Shown piece after piece: positions 41,127 through 50,622 of a stretch of 64,000 nt of DNA. Each line of letters starts with the position of its first letter. Within the stretch, counting starts at the first letter, position 1. Made by a program: the position numbers and the translations under genes. The notes under the pieces are model-generated. The model saw nothing but the letters and a program-made list of their open reading frames with translations. It did no database searches and had not been told where the DNA came from. The stretch comes from an uncultured Nitrospiraceae bacterium (GTDB taxonomy: Bacteria > Nitrospirota > Nitrospiria > Nitrospirales > Nitrospiraceae): contig CAWJWJ010000002.1 in the NCBI GenBank assembly GCA_963846575.1, positions 1,696,001 through 1,760,000 of the forward strand, given 5' to 3'.

Positions 41127-41843
41127 ATGAGCATCGCGTCCGTCCCATCCAGCGACAAACCTGTTCAAGTTCGTCGTGGTATCCTCTATGTCATTTCCGC
41201 TCCCTCGGGCAGTGGAAAGACGACGCTGTGTAAACAGATCGCCGCCAGCGTCCCCGGCCTCTGGCATTCGATCTCCTACACGACCAGAAAGCCGCGTCCC
41301 GGCGAGGTGGAAGGCCAGGATTATTATTTCCTTGATGAAGGTTCGTTCCGGGAGATGATCGATCGGAACGAATTCGTCGAGTGGGCACATGTCTATGGCA
41401 ATCTCTACGGGACTCCGCGCAAAGTTTTATCCGACAAGCTGGAACAAGGCATCGATGTGCTACTCGAAATCGACGTGCAGGGAGCACGTTCGGTGAAGAA
41501 GAGATTCGAAGACGCGGTCTACATTTTCATACTCCCTCCGTCATTCGATACCTTGCGAACGAGGCTCCAGAACAGGGCAGGGGACTCGCCGGATGAAATT
41601 CAACGTCGGCTGCACAAGGCGAAAGAAGAGGTCTGGAGTTATCGTGAGTATTACTATATCGTCCGCAACGACGACCTCAAACAGTCTCTGAAAGAGCTTG
41701 AAAGCATCTTCCTTGCGGAACGGATCAAGACCAAACGTTTGAACATGAGTTGGCTGGAAGAAAAGTTTATTCTCGACAAAGAGGGAAAGCAGGGGAATTC
41801 CTCCTCCGCCCCCGTATCAAAGGAGCATACGCATCATGGGTGA
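41127..41843 (+). CDS. gmk: Guanylate kinase
   Basis: SAPSGSGKTT, SYTTRKPRPGE, YGTP, EIDVQGA. Confidence 0.95.
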   Translation: MSIASVPSSDKPVQVRRGILYVISAPSGSGKTTLCKQIAASVPGLWHSISYTTRKPRPGEVEGQDYYFLDEGSFREMIDRNEFVEWAHVYGNLYGTPRKVLSDKLEQGIDVLLEIDVQGARSVKKRFEDAVYIFILPPSFDTLRTRLQNRAGDSPDEIQRRLHKAKEEVWSYREYYYIVRNDDLKQSLKELESIFLAERIKTKRLNMSWLEEKFILDKEGKQGNSSSAPVSKEHTHHG

Positions 41844-42195
41844 AATGTTAACGCTACTGCCGCAATACGCCGCCGGGGAGTTCGATTCGCGACACCGTCT
41901 GGTAATCGTCGCTGCCCAGCGTGCCAAGCAACTGGTCCAGGGAGCGCGGGCGGCCGGCGGGACAAAGTTCACCAAAGAGACCAGCATCGCACTCGATGAA
42001 GTCTTACGGCACAAAGTGAAGTTCCTCGTGGGCAAGGAAGCCCGCGATGCGATCAAGGAATCGAAACGCGTCAAAGAAGGCGAAACGGAACGCCTGGCCA
42101 TGATGACCGGAGAGGATGCGAAGGAAATCAAGAAGGAATTGAGCGTCTACGTCGACGATACCGTCAAGCCTGCCGCCCCGGAGGGCGAGGAGTAG
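41836..42195 (+). CDS. rpoZ: RNA polymerase omega subunit
   Basis: DSRHRLVIVAAQRAKQL..K.TSIALDE; gmk-rpoZ-coaBC gene order. Confidence 0.85.
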   Translation: MGEMLTLLPQYAAGEFDSRHRLVIVAAQRAKQLVQGARAAGGTKFTKETSIALDEVLRHKVKFLVGKEARDAIKESKRVKEGETERLAMMTGEDAKEIKKELSVYVDDTVKPAAPEGEE

Positions 42196-42204
42196 TCCCA
42201 CCTC

Positions 42205-43464
42205 GTGCAGACCACCGGCCACTCTTTAACCGGTTTACGTGTGGTGCTCGGTGTCACCGGCAGTATTGCGGCCTACAAAGCCGTCGGGCTTTTGCGCCGC
42301 CTTCGCCAAGAATCCGCCCATGTGACGGTCGTGATGACGGCAGGCGCCTGCCGATTCGTCACTCCGCTGACTTTTGAAGTGTTGTCCGGGGGCCATGTCG
42401 CAACGGACCTGTTTGAGGCCCATCAGGAAATGCTGCACCTGTCTCTTCCGGAGCAGGCAGATGCGATTGTAATCGCCCCGGCCACGGCTAATTGTCTAGC
42501 CAAGGCCGCCCTCGGTCTCGCCGATGATCTTCTCTCCACGATGCTGCTGACCACTCAGTGCCCGGTAATTATCGCACCGGCCATGGACGGCGATATGTGG
42601 CGACACCCTACGGTGGTCGAACATGTCGTGACCCTCCGACGCCGCGGCGCCGTCATCGTAGAGCCTGATGACGGACCTCTGGCCTCCGGACGCATAGGGC
42701 GGGGACGACTGGCCGAGGAACACACGATCCTCTCGGCGCTGCAATCCGTACTCCGGCCACGCCGGGACTGGAGCGACCACCGTCTCCTCATTTCTGCCGG
42801 ACCTACCCAGGAAGCCATCGACCCTGTCCGGTTTATTTCGAACCGCTCGTCGGGAAAAATGGGCTATGCCCTTGCCGAGGCGGCTCAGCAACGAGGCGCC
42901 GAGGTCTTCCTGGTCTCCGGTCCCACGGCCCTTCAACCACCTGCCGGAGTCGAAACAGTCTTCGTGACGACGGCAGAGGAGATGAACAAAACGATCCTGA
43001 GCAAATTCGAGTGGAGCCATGCGGTCATTATGGCCGCCGCGGTCGCAGACTTTCGCCCCATCCGGTCTGCGCCCCAGAAGCTCAAAAAGCGCCACGGTCC
43101 GATCACGAGCCTCTCACTGGAACCCACCGCGGACATCCTCCAGGAATTGTCGGCGCGTCGAACAACCCAGTTGCTCGTGGGATTTGCCGCGGAAACTGAG
43201 GATCTGCTTGCCCATGCGCGTGAAAAATTGCATGCTAAGGGCGTTGATTTGCTCGTCGCCAATGATGTGACGGCCACCGGATCAGGGTTCGGATCAGATA
43301 CCAACCGTGCGACGTTACTGAACCGTCACGGACAGACCGAGGAGTTGCCGTTGTTATCGAAGCGCGACCTGGCGAATCACATTTTAGACCGGATGCTCGC
43401 GCTGGAGAGTACACGAGCGATCACCAAGAAACCGGCACGAGCCCGTACGCCTCCAAAGGAGTAG
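42205..43464 (+). CDS. coaBC: Bifunctional phosphopantothenoylcysteine decarboxylase/synthetase
   Basis: GVTGSIAAYKA, APATAN, SAGPTQEAIDPVRFISNRSSGKMG, AAAVADF, VGFAAET. Confidence 0.95.
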   Translation: MQTTGHSLTGLRVVLGVTGSIAAYKAVGLLRRLRQESAHVTVVMTAGACRFVTPLTFEVLSGGHVATDLFEAHQEMLHLSLPEQADAIVIAPATANCLAKAALGLADDLLSTMLLTTQCPVIIAPAMDGDMWRHPTVVEHVVTLRRRGAVIVEPDDGPLASGRIGRGRLAEEHTILSALQSVLRPRRDWSDHRLLISAGPTQEAIDPVRFISNRSSGKMGYALAEAAQQRGAEVFLVSGPTALQPPAGVETVFVTTAEEMNKTILSKFEWSHAVIMAAAVADFRPIRSAPQKLKKRHGPITSLSLEPTADILQELSARRTTQLLVGFAAETEDLLAHAREKLHAKGVDLLVANDVTATGSGFGSDTNRATLLNRHGQTEELPLLSKRDLANHILDRMLALESTRAITKKPARARTPPKE

Positions 43465-43466
43465 TC

Positions 43467-44141
43467 GTGGCCTCCTCACCCCGTATCAATCCTGCAATCA
43501 CCCTTCAGATAGATCGCCTGGCAACCGCCGTGGCCAAAGATCCCCGGTCGAAAGAGTTTCTTCCGCTCGCGGACGAATACGTGAAAGCCGGTATGTGGCA
43601 AGAGGCCGCAGTCGTGCTGGAGGACGGTCTCAAGGTCTATCCGGGTTTTGTGACAGCCATGGCAGCACTCGGTCGGGTTTACGATCAATTGGGTCAGCCG
43701 GGGAAGGCGAAGGCGATACTTGAAGCGGTCGTCAAACAACGCCCCGACAATCTTCGTGCGCACCGCATTCTAGCGAAGCTCTATCACGCCGAGGGGAAAA
43801 CAGACCTCGCGTTGCAATCGTGCACGGCATTATTGAACGCCAATCCATCCGATGAAGAGGCCCGATCCTTACAGCGAATCCTAATGGGCGCACCTGATAC
43901 CCCCTCCCCGGTTAAACGGGAGAAGAGCCAACGTACCGTTGCGGCCGATCACGATACGGACAGGGCTGCAACTCACGATGTGACGAGTCCTGAAATCGCT
44001 TCGCGTCCCGACGGACCATCACCTGCAGGACAATGTGAACCGCCGCCCCAAACACCTCCCGCGCCGCATGCGGCCACGATTGCGCGCCTCGAAGCCTGGC
44101 TGCACGCCATTCACACCCATCGACAGACTGATCCGGCTTAG
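43467..44141 (+). CDS. Tetratricopeptide repeat protein
   Basis: FLPLADEY, ALGRVY, AHRILAKLY TPR units; Pro-rich linker; short C-terminal helix. Confidence 0.75.
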   Translation: MASSPRINPAITLQIDRLATAVAKDPRSKEFLPLADEYVKAGMWQEAAVVLEDGLKVYPGFVTAMAALGRVYDQLGQPGKAKAILEAVVKQRPDNLRAHRILAKLYHAEGKTDLALQSCTALLNANPSDEEARSLQRILMGAPDTPSPVKREKSQRTVAADHDTDRAATHDVTSPEIASRPDGPSPAGQCEPPPQTPPAPHAATIARLEAWLHAIHTHRQTDPA

Positions 44142-44182
44142 ATCTGAACCCTTACAGCAGCATGCCGCCCTCGCCGGATCGT

Positions 44183-44211
44183 TTGACCCACCCGGAACAG
44201 CCTGTTAGAAT
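44183..44211 (+). promoter_or_regulatory. Sigma70 promoter of aroQ-efp-accB-accC
   Basis: TTGACC-N17-TAGAAT with TG extension. Confidence 0.6.
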
Positions 44212-44273
44212 GCCGCCGCTGCCGACTTGTCTATCGATTGCAGCCGACTGTTAACCGAGACGCCCAACGATAC

Positions 44274-44774
44274 ATGCTGCGGCTACTTGTGCTTCATGGT
44301 CCAAACCTCAATCTCCTGGGAACGCGAGAGCCATCCGTCTACGGATCCCTGTCATTGGCAGACCTCGACAAATCCATTGCTCGGCATGCCTCCTCCCTGG
44401 GGATCGCGGTACAAAGCAAACAGACCAATGTGGAAGGAGAACTGGTGACCTGGATTCAGAATGCCAGGGGCCACTTCGACGGACTTGTGATTAATCCGGC
44501 CGGGTATACGCATACCAGTGTCGCTATTCGTGATGCGATTGCCGCCGTCGCGCTGCCGACGGTTGAAGTGCATCTTTCGAACATTCACCAGCGCGAGGAG
44601 TTTCGCCACCACTCCTTCATCGCCGGGGTAGCGCTCGGACAGATTTCTGGATTTGGCCCAACTGGTTATCTACTAGCCATGGATGGGCTTGTCGCACATC
44701 TCGACAGAAATCCGAAGCCATCGCATTCGCGATCGGCGTCGAACAAAAAACCCCCCGCGGCCTCGCGCCGCTGA
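44274..44774 (+). CDS. aroQ: Type II 3-dehydroquinate dehydratase
   Basis: [46 protein letters not shown]. Confidence 0.95.
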   Translation: MLRLLVLHGPNLNLLGTREPSVYGSLSLADLDKSIARHASSLGIAVQSKQTNVEGELVTWIQNARGHFDGLVINPAGYTHTSVAIRDAIAAVALPTVEVHLSNIHQREEFRHHSFIAGVALGQISGFGPTGYLLAMDGLVAHLDRNPKPSHSRSASNKKPPAASRR

Positions 44775-44799
44775 CCTATCTCGTATTAAGGAGAGTGTT

Positions 44800-45360
44800 G
44801 TGATTTCGACCGCAGAGTTTCGTAACGGAAGCCGTTTGATGGTGGAGGGACAACCCTTTTATATCGTAGAATTTCAGCACGTCAAACCCGGAAAGGGCGG
44901 GGCATTCGTGCGCACTAAACTCAAAAGTTATATCACCGGCAACGTGCTGGATCGAACCTTCCGCTCCGGCGAACGATTCGAGGATCCGGATCTTGAGGAA
45001 TGCGACATGCAATTCCTTTATGCCACCAATGACGCCTATACCTTCATGGATACGGCATCGTATGAGCAGTCGACATACGAGAAGAGTCAGCTTGGGGCAA
45101 ACGCGGACCTCCTCAAAGAAAACATGATCGCCAAGATTCTCATCTACCAACATCGCCCCATCGCCGTGGTGTTACCCAACTTTATTGAGTTGAAGGTCGT
45201 CGACGGCGAACCCGGCGTGCGTGGCGATACGGCCTCGGGCGGGAGCAAGCCGGTCATTGTCGAAACAGGCGCGACGATCAAAGTTCCGCTTTACCTGGAA
45301 ATTGGAGAGATTATTCGAATCGATACCAGGACTCGTGAATTTGTGGAGCGCGTTCGTTGA
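44800..45360 (+). CDS. efp: Elongation factor P
   Basis: [34 protein letters not shown] before GTG 44800. Confidence 0.95.
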   Translation: MISTAEFRNGSRLMVEGQPFYIVEFQHVKPGKGGAFVRTKLKSYITGNVLDRTFRSGERFEDPDLEECDMQFLYATNDAYTFMDTASYEQSTYEKSQLGANADLLKENMIAKILIYQHRPIAVVLPNFIELKVVDGEPGVRGDTASGGSKPVIVETGATIKVPLYLEIGEIIRIDTRTREFVERVR

Positions 45361-45932
45361 GTTCTTCACGCAAGCAAAACGGAAAACGCAAGGGCGTCGG
45401 CAAACCGATCGTCCTACCGAGCGCCTTTGCCCCTCGATCGCCTGGGTCGGACATGCTGCTGTCTCCCGACCAGGCTGCTCAAATTCAGCAACTCGCGGAT
45501 CTACTGAAACGCAACCACCTGACCGAGTTGGAAATTGAACGGAGCGGGACGCGGATCCGCATCCGCCACGAACCGGCGGTGCGGATGGTGCCGCCCCAGA
45601 CGGTGGACACAACTCTCAGCCAGGTCATCGCCGCCGGCACCGCACCAGCTGCTCAACCACATCCCTCATCACCGACTGACGGAGAGGTGACCATCACCTC
45701 TCCCATTGTCGGCACCTTCTATCGCTCCCCCTCACCCGATGCGGATCCCTACGTCGAGGAGGGTGATTACGTGAAGAAGGGGCAAGTCTTGTGTATCGTA
45801 GAAGCCATGAAGCTCATGAACGAGATTGAGTCCGAGGTCGACGGAAGAATCACCAGAATTCTGGTGGAGAGCACCAAGCCTGTCGAATATGGACAACCGC
45901 TCTTTTTAGTCGACCCCAACGCTACACCCTAA
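45357..45932 (+). CDS. accB: Acetyl-CoA carboxylase biotin carboxyl carrier protein
   Basis: [20 protein letters not shown] biotinylation motif. Confidence 0.93.
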   Translation: MSSSRKQNGKRKGVGKPIVLPSAFAPRSPGSDMLLSPDQAAQIQQLADLLKRNHLTELEIERSGTRIRIRHEPAVRMVPPQTVDTTLSQVIAAGTAPAAQPHPSSPTDGEVTITSPIVGTFYRSPSPDADPYVEEGDYVKKGQVLCIVEAMKLMNEIESEVDGRITRILVESTKPVEYGQPLFLVDPNATP

Positions 45933-46110
45933 CGTCATGCTCATGAGTGCTCGTCGTGAGACCCGCAGGGGACACGCTCCTCACAATCTCGTATGAAGTG
46001 CACTGGGCGAGTGGCGAGCTACGACCCAGGCCCGGGCAGTCTGTCGGCGGATACAGCGGTAGTAGTCATCACCAGGGGGATAACGGTGCACATCAGGTCG
46101 GGAGCAGGTC

Positions 46111-47460
46111 GTGTTTAAGAAAGTATTAGTCGCCAACCGCGGAGAAATCGCCCTTCGGGTCATCCGAGCCTGCAAGGAACTCGGCGTGAAGACCGTGGCG
46201 ATCCATTCCGAGGCGGATGCGGCCAGCCTGCATGTGCGGGCCGCGGACGAACGCGTCTGCGTCGGCCCTCCGGAATCGGCCCTCAGCTACCGCAATATTC
46301 CCAACGTCTTGAGCGCGGCCGAAGTTACCGGCGCCGACGCGATCCATCCCGGCTATGGGTTTCTATCCGAGAATGCTCACTTCGCGGAGGTGTGCGAATC
46401 GATCGGAGTAAAATTTATCGGGCCCACCTCGGAAAACATCGCCTTGATGGGAGACAAATCAAAAGCGCGTGAAGTCGTGGCCAAGCGAGGCCTCCCCGTG
46501 ACGCCGGGCAGCCCCGGTGAGCTCCGGAGCGAACAGGATGCGCTTGATGCGGCCAAGACCATCGGTTTTCCCGTCATCATCAAAGCGTCGGCCGGAGGCG
46601 GAGGACGCGGCATGCGGGTCGTCAACAAGCCTGAAGAGTTGGCGCGCGCGTTTCAAGCGGCTCAAGCTGAAGCAAAATCGACCTTCGGCCATGACGGCGT
46701 GTACCTCGAACGTTATTTCCTCGAACCCCGGCATATTGAAGTACAGATCGTGGCCGACCATCGGGGACATGTCGTGCATCTGGGAGAACGGGACTGTTCG
46801 ATTCAACGCCGCCATCAAAAGCTGGTGGAAGAAACGCCCTCGCCGGCGATTGACGAACGGTTGCGGCGTGAAATCGGGCGGGTCGCAGTTGAGGCCGTGA
46901 AGGCCATTCGTTACTGCAACATCGGAACGGTAGAGTTCCTCTTGGACAAAGACCGGAACTTCTTCTTCATGGAAGTGAATACGCGCATTCAGGTCGAGCA
47001 CCCCATTACGGAGATGGTCACCGGCATCGATCTCGTCAAAGAGCAAATCCGGATCGCCTCAGGGATGACCCTCTCGTTTAAGCAACCCGATATCAAGCTC
47101 ACCGGGCACAGCTTCGAATGTCGGATCAATGCCGAAGACCCTGAAAAGTTCACCCCCTGTCCTGGCCAGATAACGAAATATTCAGCTCCCGGAGGATTCG
47201 GTGTGCGGGTCGATTCTGCGATGGAACCGAATGCCATCGTCGTGCCTTACTACGACTCCCTGATCGCGAAATTGATTACGCACGGGCGCGACCGGCAGGA
47301 AGCGATGGCTCGGATGCGCCGCGCATTGGATGAGTTCGTGATCGAGGGCATCAAGACGACGATTCCTCTTCACCGGCGGATTTTCAATGACCCGGATTTT
47401 CAAAAAGGCCATGTCTCCACGACATTTCTGGATCGCTTCCTCGCCAACCACACCGTCTAA
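46111..47460 (+). CDS. accC: Acetyl-CoA carboxylase biotin carboxylase
   Basis: [46 protein letters not shown]. Confidence 0.95.
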   Translation: MFKKVLVANRGEIALRVIRACKELGVKTVAIHSEADAASLHVRAADERVCVGPPESALSYRNIPNVLSAAEVTGADAIHPGYGFLSENAHFAEVCESIGVKFIGPTSENIALMGDKSKAREVVAKRGLPVTPGSPGELRSEQDALDAAKTIGFPVIIKASAGGGGRGMRVVNKPEELARAFQAAQAEAKSTFGHDGVYLERYFLEPRHIEVQIVADHRGHVVHLGERDCSIQRRHQKLVEETPSPAIDERLRREIGRVAVEAVKAIRYCNIGTVEFLLDKDRNFFFMEVNTRIQVEHPITEMVTGIDLVKEQIRIASGMTLSFKQPDIKLTGHSFECRINAEDPEKFTPCPGQITKYSAPGGFGVRVDSAMEPNAIVVPYYDSLIAKLITHGRDRQEAMARMRRALDEFVIEGIKTTIPLHRRIFNDPDFQKGHVSTTFLDRFLANHTV

Positions 47461-47487
47461 CTCACGCAGGACATCACGGAGGGCGCC

Positions 47488-48147
47488 ACGTCTCACAGTA
47501 TCCGACAGCGCGTCCTGACGGGGCTCTATCTCATCCTGGACCCTTCCGTCCGTCCGGACCATCCCCTGACCGACGTCCTTCGGGAAGCCGCCGGACACGG
47601 CGTCCGGCTGTTTCAATACCGCGACAAGCGGGCCTCGATGAACGAGGCCTATCTCTGCGCGCGTGCGTTGCGGCAGACCGCAACCGAGGTCGGCGCGTTA
47701 CTCATCGTCAACGATCGCTGTGACCTGGCCATGGCCGTCGAGGCCGACGGGGTGCATCTGGGGCAGGAGGATCTTCCCATCGCATACGCTCGTAAATTGA
47801 TGGGACCTGAGAAAATTATCGGATTGTCGACCCATACCGTGGTCCAGGTCCGGGACGCTATCGAGAGAGATCCCGACTACATCGGATTCGGACCGATCTT
47901 CCGTACCTCCACCAAGGCTGATCACGACCCTGTCGTAGGGATTGAGGGATTACGGGCCGTACGCGCGCTGACGCAGCTGCCGTTATTTGCGATCGGAGGC
48001 ATTTCGACCGACTCCGCGGGAGCAGTCATGGCGGCTGGTGCAGATGGCATGGCTGTGATTTCGGCGATACTTACCGCGGCCGACATCGGTTCGGTCATCC
48101 GCGATTTCCAGCGGTCACTTGCCACACCTGATCGGCAAGATCCCTGA
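47488..48147 (+). CDS. thiE: Thiamine-phosphate synthase; apparent ACG start
   Basis: The frame carries LTGLYLILD..GVRLFQYRDK upstream of the first ATG (47638), then IVNDRCDLA, GVHLGQED, GLSTH, FGPIFRTSTK, AIGGI; GGAGG RBS just before ACG 47488. Confidence 0.88.
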   Translation, partial: TSHSIRQRVLTGLYLILDPSVRPDHPLTDVLREAAGHGVRLFQYRDKRASMNEAYLCARALRQTATEVGALLIVNDRCDLAMAVEADGVHLGQEDLPIAYARKLMGPEKIIGLSTHTVVQVRDAIERDPDYIGFGPIFRTSTKADHDPVVGIEGLRAVRALTQLPLFAIGGISTDSAGAVMAAGADGMAVISAILTAADIGSVIRDFQRSLATPDRQDP

Positions 48148-48847
48148 TGGGCCTGCTCTGAGACAAAATTTCGATAGCGGCCGTCCAATTGCGACCAAGT
48201 TGTGCCTGGTAGCGGAGTGGTCCCAGCACTGGGACGCCGGCCCGTTCCTGCAGGAGCGACAGCGTCGAGGCGACTTGTAGCTGCTGTATGGGCATCGAGG
48301 ACGATTCCGTCTCGTTCAAAAGCAACGCCACTACCTTAATCTGTTCGCGCCGGAGAGATTCCAAAGTAAGCAGTCCATGATTGACCCCCCCGAGTCCGGC
48401 CCGGCCGACCAGCACCACTGGAATGCCGAGGTGCCTGATGAGGTCGCGAATCGACCAGTCCCGTCCCATGGGGACCAGTAATCCGCCAGCGCCTTCAACC
48501 ACCACACAAGCATAGCGGGCGGCGAGTCGCTCAAATGATTGCAGAATGTCCTGCAACTCGATCCCGAGTCCCGCCGCGCCCGCCGCAGCGTAGGGAGCAA
48601 GGGGCGCTTGAAAGCGGTAGGGACAGACCACACTCAGCGCATCGTCGACTGCCGCCGCCGCCATCAATCGACCGGCATCACTTTCCTCAGGAGCATCAGA
48701 GGAGACGCCCGTCTCTACGGGTTTCATGACGCCAACCGAGCACCGCAGGTGAAGGAGCCTTCGAACGAGTGCCGCGGACACGACGGTTTTCCCCACGCCC
48801 GTATCCGTTCCCACGACAAAAATTCCTCGCTGCATCATCGACGCCAT
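48095..48847 (-). CDS. bioD: Dethiobiotin synthase
   Basis: VGTDTGVGKT, MKPVETG, VEGAGGLLVP, LGGVNH. Confidence 0.92.
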   Translation of the reverse strand: MASMMQRGIFVVGTDTGVGKTVVSAALVRRLLHLRCSVGVMKPVETGVSSDAPEESDAGRLMAAAAVDDALSVVCPYRFQAPLAPYAAAGAAGLGIELQDILQSFERLAARYACVVVEGAGGLLVPMGRDWSIRDLIRHLGIPVVLVGRAGLGGVNHGLLTLESLRREQIKVVALLLNETESSSMPIQQLQVASTLSLLQERAGVPVLGPLRYQAQLGRNWTAAIEILSQSRPIRDLADQVWQVTAGNRG

Positions 48848-48852
48848 CTCGG

Positions 48853-49608
48853 TTACAGAATGCGGCTGTCCAGATTCCAAAACTGGCCTGACACGTCGGA
48901 CAACTGCGCAAGCTGGCAGATCGTCCTGGCAACATCCTCAAGATTTGACACACGCCGTAAAACATGGTCCCCCAGCCGCTGTCCGGAAGGAAAGGAATCG
49001 CCGGCCATGCGCGTCTGCTGCCAGCCTGGACAAATCAAGTTCACACGGATATTGTGCGGCCCCCATTCTCGCGCAGCCGTCTTCACAAGGCCTGCGAGCC
49101 CGGCTTTTGAGGCCGCGTAGGCGCCTTGACCCTTCGTACCCTGCATCCCGGCATAGGATCCGATGACCACGATGGATCCGCCCCCCTGCGTCACCATGGA
49201 CTTCGCCGCAACTTTCATACACTGATAGGTTCCGGTCAAGTTCGTGTCGATAATCCGCGCCCACTCCGTTTCGGGACAGGTCGCCACCAGCTGTCCGCCT
49301 GCCGTGCCGGCATTACAGATGAGCACATCGAGCCGGTCCTGTCGTTCGGTAATGCTCTGCATCATGGCCTCCACTGCCTGATTCGATCGAATGTCCGCCT
49401 GGTAGAGCGCGCCTTGTCCTCCGTCCTGCGAGAGAAGCGCCAGCGTCTGCTCTGCCTCGTGAACATGCGTGAGGTAGTGCACTCCGACCCACCAGCCGGC
49501 GCGGGCGAAGGCCCGACAGAGTTCGCGCCCGATGGCGCCGGAACCGCCGGTAATCAGCACGGTGCGGGCTGTATGACGGTCCTGAACGGATGGATCTCGA
49601 ACAGGCAT
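48853..49608 (-). CDS. SDR oxidoreductase (FabG-like)
   Basis: TGGSGAIG, CNAG, YAASK; next to bioD. Confidence 0.85.
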   Translation of the reverse strand: MPVRDPSVQDRHTARTVLITGGSGAIGRELCRAFARAGWWVGVHYLTHVHEAEQTLALLSQDGGQGALYQADIRSNQAVEAMMQSITERQDRLDVLICNAGTAGGQLVATCPETEWARIIDTNLTGTYQCMKVAAKSMVTQGGGSIVVIGSYAGMQGTKGQGAYAASKAGLAGLVKTAAREWGPHNIRVNLICPGWQQTRMAGDSFPSGQRLGDHVLRRVSNLEDVARTICQLAQLSDVSGQFWNLDSRIL

Positions 49609-49716
49609 GATGGCGAGCGATTATGCGAGGCCGAAGAGGAGAAGGCAAGGCGCATGCCCGGGCTTGCTGCCGGTCAGGCGGTATGGTACCGTAATTTTTT
49701 GACTGGAGGACAACCC

Positions 49717-50622
49717 GTGACCGTCCAAACCATGATTCGTTCATCTGTCGTCGGACTTGGCATGCTCGTGTGTACGGGCCTCGTTTCGACTCATAGCCAT
49801 GCTGAGGCAATCGAGACAGTCGACAAGATCGCACAATCCGTTGATTATTTTCCGGACAGCATCGGCACGCGCTGGAAATATCGGGGACAGATCTCCGAGG
49901 GACCTGTCCAGACGATCGAAAGCAAGTACTTTACCAACGAGTCATCCGTCACCGGAATCCGGACTTTGAAGGGCGGCGTCACCGTCAGTGTGTTTCACGA
50001 CACGAATCCGGGCAACCACGGTCCCTCCGATAGTTTCTACCGCCGCGATGCGGCCGGGATCGTCTACTACGGTTCGGAGCCGGGGACTCCTCTGGAAAGG
50101 CAACTCGTGCCTTACCAGATTATCCGATTCCCCATGGCCGTCTCCCAGTCGTTCCAACAGTTCAACCGCACCGATGTCGATTTCGGAAACGATATCGACG
50201 GCGACGGGACCAATGAGCACGTCGATGTCGAGGGGCACTCCACCGTACTCAGCCGTGAATCCATTACCGTTCCCGCCGGCACCTATGCCGATGCCATCCG
50301 GGTCGAAGCGCGAATGACCCTTCGGATCCGTCTCTCCTCCGCCGACCGGACGGCCGTCGGCACGGACGTCATGACGGCATGGTTTGCGAAGGGAATCGGA
50401 CTGGTTAAGTACATTGAACGGCAGGAGTTGGCCGCGCTCAAGGACGACCGCGGCAGCATCACCGATATTACGGAGGAACTCGAAGAGGTCGATGTAAAAC
50501 CCGCACCGCCGCTACAGAGTCGGAGCGAATCCGCGCCGCAGGGTCTGTTCGCTGATGACACGCGGGATCATGAACTGCTTCAGGTACTCTTCGCCTCCGG
50601 CCTTCGCGCCCACCCCCGATAG
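49717..50622 (+). CDS. Hypothetical secreted beta-rich protein
   Basis: GGAGGA RBS before GTG; signal peptide; DYFP..GTRWKY, DIDGDG Ca-binding-like loop, ESITVPAGTY, WFAKGIGLVK. Confidence 0.65.
   Translation: MTVQTMIRSSVVGLGMLVCTGLVSTHSHAEAIETVDKIAQSVDYFPDSIGTRWKYRGQISEGPVQTIESKYFTNESSVTGIRTLKGGVTVSVFHDTNPGNHGPSDSFYRRDAAGIVYYGSEPGTPLERQLVPYQIIRFPMAVSQSFQQFNRTDVDFGNDIDGDGTNEHVDVEGHSTVLSRESITVPAGTYADAIRVEARMTLRIRLSSADRTAVGTDVMTAWFAKGIGLVKYIERQELAALKDDRGSITDITEELEEVDVKPAPPLQSRSESAPQGLFADDTRDHELLQVLFASGLRAHPR

Noticed and set aside
49126..49716. N-terminal extension of the 498-aa ORF
   Set aside because: Overlaps the SDR gene in antisense; the RBS and signal peptide point to GTG 49717.
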